NCBI GenBank assembly: GCA_050613775.1
Contig: JBODTK010000011.1
Span: 806,001 to 870,000 of the forward strand
Direction of reading: 5' to 3'
From: Neocallimastix sp. 'constans'
Lineage: Eukaryota
Length of the DNA: 64,000 nt
The position numbers were made by a program, and so were the translations under genes. A model generated the notes under the pieces. It saw nothing but the letters and a program-made list of their open reading frames with translations. It was not told the origin of the DNA and ran no database searches. Of the stretch, positions 52,421-64,000 are shown in pieces (positions within the stretch are counted from its first letter, which is position 1; each line of letters starts with the position of its first letter).

Positions 52421-52965
52421 TCAATCTACTTACTTGGTAAAATATCAAATTCTTCAAGTTGTTTTAAAACTTTAGCAGATAATAAATAACGATAGGCCTC
52501 TATAAAATATTTAAAATTATTGTTTAATAATTATATATGTATATATATATGTATGTATTTTTTTTTTTATTTTTTTTTTTAAAAAAAAAAAGTTATTTTA
52601 AATAATATAAATAAAAATACTTACGAGCTTTTGATATATTCCAAAATTTTCTTGAAAAGGAATCAAATGAATTCCCATACTTTTTATATTCTTTAGAATT
52701 AAAAGCTTTCTTAATATTTTCTACTAAGCTTATGAATTTCTTTTGTTTTGAGAGATAAATAGTCAATTGACTATTAAGAGATAAAATATAAAATTTATTA
52801 GTTATTTAATAACTTTATTTTATTTTATTATTTTATTTATTTTTTAAATTATTTTATACGTCTTTTTATTTTATTTTATTTTATTTTTATTTTATTTTTT
52901 TTTTATAATTAATTTAATTTTTGAAATAAAAATAATTACCTTTCTGTGTTGTATAAATATCTCAT
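51035..52965 (-). CDS. Uncharacterised ~495-aa protein with an N-terminal helical/HTH-like domain and a low-complexity N/P/Y-rich C-terminus (4 exons)
   Basis: Exons 52965-52940, 52770-52625, 52499-52434 and 52284-51035, GT-AG with consistent phases. N-terminal domain: ...SFDSFSRKFWNISKAQAYRYLLSAKVLKQLEEFDILPNYERLCKSL...PEQIRLLWKTV. Confidence 0.82.
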
Positions 52966-55900
52966 TTTTTATGTGATTACTATTATTTATTTCTTATTGT
53001 ATTCTTTCTTTCTTTTTTTTTATACAAAAAATATTATAAAATTTAAATATTAATTATTTAGAAAAAAAAATATGTATTTCTTATTAATGATAATTTATTA
53101 TTTTGTTTGAGAAAAAAAAAAAAAAAAAACTTTTTTTTTTTTTTTTTTTTTTTAATTAATATTTAAATTGTAATTATAATAAATTTAAAGAAATTATAAA
53201 ATAAGAATAAAAAAAAAAGAAAAGAAAAGAAAATTTATTCTTTAAATATTCTGATTTTTTTTTTTCAATTTTTTTTTTTAATTTTTTAATTTATTAAATT
53301 CTATTAGTAATGTAGAAAAGATACTTTTATTATTAAAAAAAATATTATTTATAAATTAATGAATCATAAATTAATGGCTTTTATGCTATAATTAAACTTC
53401 TTCAAATAAAAAAAAATTTTTTTTTTAAATATTTATTCAATTACTAAAAGTGAATTGTTAATAATTAAATAATATTATATAGTAAATAAAATAAAAAAAA
53501 AATAATAATAATAAAAAAAAAAAAAAAAAAAAAAGATTAATTATTATAAATTTTAATAAAAAAATAATATACAAGTAAAAATTATATAAAATAAAATTTT
53601 AATTTGTATCAAATTTTATTTTACAAAATTTTAATATTAGTTCATAGAGAAATAAAATAAAATTAAATCGATTAAAAATTTGTTTTATAATTTTTAATAT
53701 AAACATATATAGAAAAAAAAAAAAAGAAAAAAAAAAAAGAAAATAAAAAAAGAAAAAATGATAATAATAATAATCGTGTGTTTTTTTTTTTTTTTTAAAT
53801 ATGAAAAATCTTATATTTAGTAGAATATATATTTAAATATCCAATGGGAAATTTTAATAAAATTTTTATATAAATATTAATTTAGTTTTAATTATTAATT
53901 AATTTTTATAATTTTTTTACTTTAAAAAAAGATATAAAAAAATTCTAAATTAATATTTGTCACAAACTAAATATATATACTTGTTCAAAAAATAAATTAA
54001 AAAATTAATAAAATAAAATAAAATAAAATTTTAATTAATATATAAAAAGTTTTATTTTTTTTTGTGTCCTTTAATTTAAATCCAATATATTATTTAATAA
54101 AATTAAATAAATATTTATATAAAAATTATATTAACTAATAATTTATATTGAATTAAAATTTTTAAAAAAGTTTAATAATTATAATTATTTTTTATAAACT
54201 GGAAAATAAAATTTTTAAATAAATTTATTTTTTTTTTTTATTTCACCAATTATTTTTATAATTATTAAATACTATATGATTTTAAATAATTTATTTTAGT
54301 ATTCATTATATATAAATATATATATAAAATTGAATTAAAATATATTTTTTACTTACGGAAAATAAAATTTTAAATCAACTTAATTCATTTATTTATTTTT
54401 GTTATTTCACAAAATTTATTAATAATTATTAATTAAAATCTGATTTAATATTTTACTCATATAAATAAAATATATATTATTAAAAAGAAAAAAAAAATTA
54501 TTAAATATTTGTGTAAATAAAGTTTTACAGATTAAATTCATTATTCGAAAGATAAAATTAAAAATTTTAAAAAAAACCTTATTAATTCTTACATGTCCCT
54601 TAATATTAATAAAATAAAAACCTTTTTCCAAAATTTTGAATTTATTAATAAAATTCATTCATGGATTTATTTGGTTAATTATAAATCTTTATAATTTAGT
54701 ATATTTTTATAAATACGTAATATATATTATTTATTATTTGATTTTTGAAGTAATTAATAATATTTTCAAAGTATACTAAATTTATTAAATAAATTTCCAT
54801 AATAATTTTAAACATTTTTTTAAATAAATTTCCATAATAATTTTAAACATTTTTTTTTAACAAATGATTAATATTGTTATATAATTATTAAATTATAAAT
54901 ATTTATATATGATAATTTATATTATTATTTATTCATGTATATAAAAAAATAAATAAATAAATAAATAAACTTGTTTCAAAATTTAAATATTTGGAAAAAA
55001 ATTTTTTTATTAAATTTTTAAAATTCAAATTTATATACATTTATATATACATATATTAATTAATTTTTCTTAATAATAAAAGTTTTAAAAAAAAATGACA
55101 AAAATTTTTATGTAATAGATATAAATTTATTATTTATTTATCATCAATATATAAATATTTATTTTAAAGATAAAAAAAATTTGAAAAAAAATTATATTAA
55201 GTTTATCTTTAATTATTAATTTTTGTTTTATGAAATTCTTAATATCTTTAATTATTAATTTTTGTCTTACGAAAATTTTAAAATCTAATAATTTTTTTTT
55301 TCTTTTTTTTTTGAAGATTTTATTAGTTATAAAATTTGTTTTCCATGGTTGACAATAATAATTTTATATTATTTAATAATATATAACAGAAACAAAGTAT
55401 GAAAGTGAAAATTAGTTATAAAATTACTAAAATGTTTCAAATATAAATGTATATGTAGAAAAAAAAAACATGGAATATAAAATTAATAATTATGAATGAT
55501 AGATTAATAAATTTTATTAAATATATATAAATATATTTTTTATAATACAACATTTATTTATTTATTTGTATGTTTTAATGCTTTTAATTAACATATCTTA
55601 TATGTTATAATTCAACATAATTATAAGAAGAGAAATCACTAAAAATTTGTTAAAATATAATTATATTACTTTTTTTTTTGTTTCTATTTTTTATTTTTTA
55701 TTTTTTATTTTATAATTTTAATTTATTTATTTATTATTTTAATTATTTTATTTTTTTTTTTTTTTTTAAAAATTAATAAAATAAAAAAAATAACCCCCAT
55801 TTCTATTATATATATGTTATTATTTAAAGTTTAAATGTACTAATTTTGGATTTCCAAATTTGACATGTTTTTGTTTTAAAAGGTAAGAAGTTTATTTATT

Positions 55901-58323
55901 ATAAAATTAAATTATTTTTTAATTTATTAAATTAAAATATGATAATAATTAAAAAAAACTAAAAATTAAAATTAATAATGATATTTTATTATATGGGTAA
56001 ATATGTAATATTTTAACCTTAGATTTTTCTTTATCCCCACTCTCTTAATATAAGATGAATATTATGAAAAGAGTTAAGATGTCATCAATAAAATTAATTT
56101 TAATTCCTGGTGTAAATAAAAGCCTTATCAATAAGATCTTTATTATAAAAGTTACACAAGGATGGTGACCCAATCAGAAGTGATTTCTTCATTTTTTTTT
56201 TTAATTTGGAAATAAATACTAATATAATAATAAATAAGTATTATACAAATCATGTTAAATATCATAATCTATTCATGTAACATTTATGTGACGTTCTATA
56301 CTAATAATATCTTTTTTTTATTTTATTATTATTATTTTTTGAAAGATTCATTACTTAATAGATTTAGTTATTTCCTAAAAATAATTTTAATATTTTTAGT
56401 ACTATTAAATACTTATTTACAATATTTAAACCTAATAATAAAATTATATAAAAAATATAATAAGAAGAAGTGGAATAAATAAAAATACTGTAAAGTTAAA
56501 ATAAAATACTAAAAAAAAAAAAAAATTAAAATTTTATATTCAATATAAAAAATAATAATAAAAAGTAAAATATATGATATTAATATTCTAATTTTAAAAG
56601 ATGATTATTTACAAATTTTTATTATTAGTATTATTAATAATAAATATTTATATATAATAAACAAAAAAAATTATTAATAAAATAAATAATTATTAATAAT
56701 TTTTTCTATCTTTTTTTTTTTTTTTTTTACTTGATTTTTATAAAATATTATTTATATTAAATAATCGTTGTAATACATTAAATATTTTTATATTCTAGAA
56801 TAAAAAAAAAAAGATAAACACAAAAGTTTTTTTTTTTTTTAATTAAAAAATTAAAAAATTAAAAATAAATAATAAACAATTAAAATCTATTGGTCAACAT
56901 TATTCTTTTTTCTGAAATATTTTTTATTAATATTTTCCAAAATTGGATTATTTTTGCTTTATTTTTTTATTTTTTTATTTTTTATTATTTAAATTATTTG
57001 CAAATATTGGTATTGACATATATAGTTATTTATTGTTTAATTTTTTAATTTAATAATTTAATCTAATTTTTTTTTTTTTTGATTTATAAAAAGATTTATT
57101 AGTTATAACGAAATAATATTAACAAATATATATAACCATAAAATTATGATAAAGTAAAATTAATGTAATTAGTAATATTCATGTGAAAAATAAAGAAATA
57201 GAAATAAGTATAAAATATATATTTTAATAATTTTAAATATTAAATAATTATTGAATTGGTGATAAGAATGATACAAGAGTTTTTTTTTTTTTTATTGGTT
57301 GTTGAATTTAAGTATGTAAAAAAAAAAAAAAAAAATAGAAATATTCATTATTATTTGTTGATTTTTAAGCATGTGTATTAATAATAAAATATATATATAT
57401 ATATATATTTTTGATTAATACATACAAGAATATTTTTTTTCTTTAATTAAAAATATCTTTTTTTCCCCTAAAAATTAACTTATTAATGAATATTTGAGTT
57501 GTTGAGATAAAATATGAACAATTTATTTCTAGTTGTTAATGGGATGTATTAACTACGTAACAGATAATATTAAAAGAGGTTATACGAACAGTTTAAATAT
57601 AGCCTTATTTATTTGAATCTGAGTGATAATTGTTATTTAAATAGTTTACTAGGAACAAGAGCAGAACCATATAAAATTTTCAAACAATTATTTAATGTAT
57701 TTAAAGTGAAAGAAAAATTATAATTTCCATCTAATAAAAATGATTGAGGATTTACGTGAGAATTGAAAATTTTTTATTATTACTATTAGGATAACATCAT
57801 AATGTCAAAGATTATACATTATATTACATTAAAAAAAATAATAATAAACAAAATAATAATTCTAATAATAAAATAGAAAATAAATTATTTAGTTAGAAAG
57901 TATTATATTATTTTAATTGTTGTGAATACATAATAATGGAATTATTTATTATTAGTTATTTTTAAATTTTTTTTTAATATTATGACGTACAACAATATTT
58001 TCTATTTTCTTCAGATTTATCTAAAATTTTTCAATATTTTTTTTTCAATATATATAATATTTTTTATATTTCACTGTAACAAATAAGGTTGTAGTATTCA
58101 TTTTGACAAAATTCATTCCAAATTTAGTAATTATTAAAACTAGTTATTTCAACAAGCCAATTTTCGATTTTTTTTTTTTTTTTTTTATGAACAATTTTCC
58201 TTAAAATTTTAATTTATTTAGGTTATTTTATTAATTTATCTATATAATTATAAATATTTATAATATAATAAATATAATATAATTTTTAATATAATATCAA
58301 AAAAGTCTTTATTAAAATAAAAA

Positions 58324-58368
<45 letters not shown>

Positions 58369-59494
58369 AAAAAAAAGTTAAATGCAAATTTAATAATTTT
58401 GAATTAAAAGTTATTTAATACATAAAATTATTATATATTTATTAATTAAAAATCATAAAACCTTATATTTAAGTATATATATAAATATAAATAATTATAC
58501 AGATTATTTTTTTTGAAATATGTATGGAATTAGAATATTTTTATAAGAATATTATTAACACTTCATTATTTATAATAAAATATAATATAATATTTCTAAA
58601 TTCAAAATACAAAACTTGAATATAACATATATATAAAATTAAGTATTAAAAAAATTAAAAAAAAAAAAAAAAATAAAAAAATAAGATATATCAAATAATA
58701 AAAATATTTGATAAATTAAATAATGATTAAAATTTAGTGGATTTAATTTAAAATATATTATTTCATGTTTTATAAATGTTTTATGAATAATTAATTGAAT
58801 ATGAATCAAATTAAAAAAAAAAAATAATAATAATAATAATAAAAAATTATATAAAAAATTATATAAAAAATTAGTATTAAAACTATATTAACTAATATAC
58901 TTAATGCATATATAAATTTTATAGTAATGTTATAATAACAAAGCCATAGAAATATTATGATATAATAATGATAAGTCAATCAGCACAATAAAGAAATTAA
59001 TAAAATTTAAAATATATTTATTAATAATATATATATTACAAAATAATAATAATAATAAACATAATAAATTGTTCATTTTAAAAAGATATAAATATAATAT
59101 TGTTAAATTTATTATATTTTATTTTTTTATAATATTTATATTATTTTATTTATATTATTTATATTATACTAATAATATAAATTATTATTGTATTTATATA
59201 TGTAATTATATTATAATAATAAAAAAAAAATTAATATTTTTAAATATAATAATTGAAGGTACGATGTTCCATTAAAAATAAAAATAAAATCTATCTTAAT
59301 ATTACAAAATGGATTATTGCCTCTTTTTTAAAATTTTATTTTTTCAAAAAAAAAAAATAATAATAATAAAAAATAAATAAAAAAATTCATTAAACTTTCT
59401 TTCTTTATTAAAATTTTTAATGCAAATAAAATATTTATTTTAGTTATTAATTTTAATATTTAATATTTAATATTTAATATTTAAATTTTTTTTA

Positions 59495-59995
59495 TTGGGA
59501 CTGAGATTAACGAGAGGGGAGGACAAAAAAAAAATTGGGCCTCCAATCTCTCCCTTAAAACGTATCAGACTCTCATTGGATTCGTTGCCATACCATACCA
59601 TTTCAGGGTCGACGAGGATCTCTCATTCTAAGTAAGGCTAATATGAAAGACATTCCCTATACACCGCTTTATACGATAGGCTTCTTTTTTCAGTGATCTT
59701 TTGAATCATCATCGAGAGAGAAATAATGACACTAATCCTCTCTCACAAATCAAGAGCTCTCTCTCTCAACCTTAGCAATTTTATAGTCAAGCAACTAAAA
59801 AAAAAAAAAAAAAAAAAAAAAAAACTTATCATGATGAGCGAACTCATTAACTTCATTTATAAGGAAAAACATTCTGAAAGGACGAAAAAATACCCATATA
59901 AATTCAGGAGGTAGTTACAGGATCGATCTAGAAACCTCATGTGTATTATTCCCAGCATTACCCGCAAGGATAAAAATTGGAAAGACTTTCAATAT
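59495..59995 (-). mobile_element. Degenerate LINE 3'-end fragment
   Basis: Reads KVFPIFILAGNAGNN...LVDPEMVWYG, compare FLAGRS...SVDVEMIRHG. It shares nucleotide similarity with 38790-38912 and ends at an A-tract. Confidence 0.55.
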
Positions 59996-61579
59996 ATAAG
60001 AATCTAGTTATATTCTTATAGAATATTATCTATATTCCTATTCCTAATTAATAATAATACTAAAATTAATTAGTCTATTGTTTTATTTTTTATTCCTTTT
60101 TTTTTTATATTTTTTATTCTTTTTTATTTTAATTTTTTTTTTTAAATTTAATAACTAGTTGTCAATCGGTAATTGGAGTTTTATCCATTATTAATAATGA
60201 TTTTATCTAATAATATGATAACTGCTATGTATAGATTATCAATTGAAACTTTTCTAGTTTTTCTTTTAATCTTTTTCTAGAGCTTGTAATAAATTAACAA
60301 TAATAAAATAAAATTTATTTTATTTTATTTTTTTTTTTATTTTTTTTTTTATTTTTTTTTTTTTGAATAAATTATTAATTTAACTATCAATATAATTAAT
60401 ATAGATTATAATAACTTAATAAAAATTAAAAAAAAAATAAAATAAAAAAGAAAAAAGATTTCCTTAAAAAAGAAAACTTATAATTAATTTTGGTTTTAAT
60501 CTGAATCGTAAAATAATTATAAGTATCAGTAGAATTAATGATTAATAAGTTGAAAATTAATAATAATAAAATATAATTAGTAAAAATCAATTAATGAAAA
60601 GATAAACTATTATGATATTTATTGAATTAAGATAGAAATTTTAATACTATAATAGTTTTCTTTCTATAATAAAATTCATTATCAAAAAACAGTATACTCC
60701 AAGATATAAAAAAAAAAATAAAATAATAATAATAAAAAAAGAGTAATCTATTCGAACTTTCAACTTTGTAAAAAAAATAAATAAATAAACAAATAAAACT
60801 TATAATTCAAAAAAAAAAAAAATTAATAAAATAAAAAAAAAAAAAATTATACTCATCAAATTTAAAAAATTATTTACATTAATATTTCATAATAAATTTT
60901 TAAATAAAATATATACAAAGTTTAGAATTATTTCAAAAAAATAATAAATATTTAATTAAATAATTGTAATTATTTTCAATAAAAAAAATTCAAGATTAAA
61001 TTTTATAATTAGTGTACAAAAATAATAATAGTAATTGTTAAAATATAGTAAATAAAATCAAGCATTTATTGCTTTATTATAAATAAAATTAATATAAAAT
61101 ACATGTAATAATTATTATTTAGAAAGAGGATTCTTTTTTATTAAAAAAAAATTATTATTAAATAAAATATATATTATAAAATATTAAATCTGAGCTTCAT
61201 ATTTCATCAGTAATAATAATAGTAATGATAATGATAATACTAATAATGATAGTAATAATAATAAATAAATATATATATTTTTATTTTATTATTAAAATTT
61301 TAATGAAACAAAAAAAAAACTATGTAATATTGATATTGATATTAATAATAAAAAACAATATAATATTGATATTGATATTAATAATAAAAAACTATAAACT
61401 ATGTAAAATATTGATATTCTATATATAATATGATATTGATATTGATATTAATAAAAAAAATAACTATTATTAAATGGAACAGTTTTAATTATAATTTAAT
61501 TTATAAAAAAATTTGAAAAATAATATCTTTTAAAATTATAATCTTAATTAAAAAAGGTTTGAAAAATACTAATTTATAA

Positions 61580-63004
61580 AAAATTATTTTGTATTATTTG
61601 AATGAATTAAACAATTGTACCATAATTTAACTATATCATCATCATCGCATCCAATACAAATTAATTTTTCTTCTTTATTTTTATAGCATTCAATTAAAGC
61701 CTTGATTTCATTAGTTCTATTAATGATTTTTATTTTTTTTTAAATAAAACTTCTAATTCTCCTATCATAGTCATTATACGATAAGACTTCTTCTTTCTTT
61801 AATGCTATTATTAATTTATAAAAAAAGGTATTTTGGGGGAAAAATTATTTAAATAATTATTAAAAGATTCTAATGAATTAATTGTAATGTGTCCTATATT
61901 GTTAATATAATTCTAGTTATTTGCTTTATATTTATTTAAATAGTTGATTATAAAATATTCTAAAAATTCTAAAAAATTATTATATTCATTTTTTTTGTAT
62001 ATATTTTTTATTTTTGAGTAAAAATAGGGTAATAATGGAAAATTCGAAATAGCTTTATAATAAGTATATAAATTATTATTATTATCAATTTCATTAGAAC
62101 ATAATCTGTTTTTTTGAATTTCTAATGATCTTTTAAAATGTCAAATACAATATGTGATATTTATATAAGGAAAAAAATTTTTTATGCTTCATTTAATATG
62201 CCTTTTTCAAAGTCACAATGAAAATTAAATGAGAAATAACAATACTGTTACTAAATTTACTTGTATTTTTTTTTTCATTTCTTTAAATAATGTTTCGTAA
62301 GTGGATTGTTTTTTATTTTTTAATATTGAAATGGAAGTAGTGTAAAAAACTATTTATTTTTTCAGCATATGTTCTAGTAATGAACACTTGATAACCAAAT
62401 TTTGGAGCAATATAAAATGTACCATCTGCAAATATATCTTCATTATATTTTATGAATAGTTTTGCTTGGAATGGGGATTGAAAAATTATTAAATTAGGAT
62501 TTTTTGAATATCATAAAATTATCATCATTTTCTGTTTTATAATATTATGACTCCTCTGGAATTTCTTCAAAAGTTGTTATATCAGGAGGTAATTGCTTAT
62601 TTTGACTTCTTATTATTTGGGTTTTAATGAAGTTGAATTCAGGGCATATTAATCCCATGTCCTGAGAAATTTCATTAAATATACGTTTTGGTCTAATATC
62701 CAAAGAAAAAGGACTTTTTCTTATTGTTTCTTTAATTTTATGCTTTACTATTGATTTAGATGTTTCGTATTATTTTTCAAGATGATTATGTAAACTTTCA
62801 TATTCTAAAATCTCCATCTTATCATTTAAAATAATAAAAGATTTAACATTTATTTGAAGTTCTATATTCAATGTACCTATATACATTTGGATTATCTTTC
62901 TTTTCATTTAAAAAATTAAATTTAAATTTATATTTTCTGTTAATAATAATTTGCTTTTTTCCTCGATTTGTTTCACTTATTTCAATTCTAATATTTTCCT
63001 CCAT
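61580..63004 (-). pseudogene. Degenerate Mutator-like (MULE) transposase with a FLYWCH-like N-terminus
   Basis: Reads MEENIRIEISETNRGKKQIIIN...HNH...DIFADGTFYIAPKFGYQVF...HCDFEKG...YCI*HF, with several stops and frameshifts. Confidence 0.82.
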
Positions 63005-63536
63005 TTCCAATAAAAAATTTTTTAATAAATAAATAAATAAATTTATCACATAGATTTTAATAGTATCTATAAAATGATTTTATTCTTAATATTTAAAAAA
63101 TAAAATTATAATCATATATTTAGTTATCTAGTAATTTATTACTTATATTTAATTATTTATTATTCAGAATAAATAATATATAATTTTTTAATATAGCAGT
63201 AATATAAAGTATATATGAAAATATTTATTTTTTTGTTGCATAATACTTATTTATTTATTTATTTGTTTATTTATTTATTTATTTATTTATTTATTATTTA
63301 TTATTTATTTATTTAAAGACTTATTTCAAAAATGATTTTTATTATTTATTTAATTATTTATTTATTGGTTAAAAAAATTATATATTGTGGCAATTAATTA
63401 AAATTTAAGCCACATTGCCAAATACACATTTTCGAAATTATACACATTCTTTTTTAATATGTCATTTTTATTATTATTTAAAATTTATTATTAATTAATT
63501 AAATCATATAAAAGGAATAAAATTGAATTAAACAAA

Positions 63537-63575
<39 letters not shown>

Positions 63576-64000
63576 TTTTATTTTATTAAAGCTACCTTAA
63601 TATATAATTTATAGAAAAACATTATTAAAATAAAGAAAAAAAAAAAAAATTTGTTTTATTATAAATATATATGAAAAAATTATTATAGATTTTATAATTA
63701 ATAATAAATACATAATAATAACAATCAGTTATTCAAATTTTAACAGTTTTTATATATAAATTTTGAAATTTATTCTGTAAAATCAACATAAATATTAATA
63801 CAAAATATATATATTTTTTTTTTTGAAAATTTAGTAAAAAATTATAAAATTTTTATGTAATCAATTTCACATTTTATTTTATTTTCAATTTTATTAAATA
63901 AATAACAATATGTCTTTATTATATAATCACTCAAAAGAATTAAATGATACTTTAAATGAATTTAAAGAAGATACTTCCAATACTGATTGGATTTTATTTG

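Noticed and set aside
56030..57760. Slightly GC-richer patches (56030-56190, 57480-57760) that might be exons or TE relics
   Set aside because: I could not assemble a continuous reading frame or recognise a motif.

Overview
This is very AT-rich eukaryotic DNA with GT-AG introns, long homopolymers and Asn-rich proteins. The style suggests an anaerobic gut fungus (Neocallimastigomycota), but that is inference. The first 16.8 kb holds a stack of three LTR-retrotransposon insertions directly upstream of a tRNA-Cys(GCA) gene (16723-16794): a Ty3/Gypsy element with two nonsense mutations running off the left edge (E1, 1-6992), a probable solo LTR (6998-7525), and an apparently intact 9.2-kb Ty3/Gypsy element (E2, 7531-16709). 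Their junctions reconstruct one empty site, GTAACTTTCACAGAT-tRNA, with insertions 15, 14 and 13 bp upstream of the tRNA. This points to tRNA-gene-targeted integration. E1 and E2 share a tRNA-Ala primer-binding site inside a covarying U5/leader stem, a UUUAAAC -1 frameshift plus hairpin, and a DSC protease motif. The rest of the window has four spliced host genes: a 4-TM membrane protein, a Pho80-like cyclin, a coactosin-like protein and an HTH-like uncharacterised protein. It also contains several degenerate LINE 3' fragments, a degenerate Mutator-like transposase and simple repeats.
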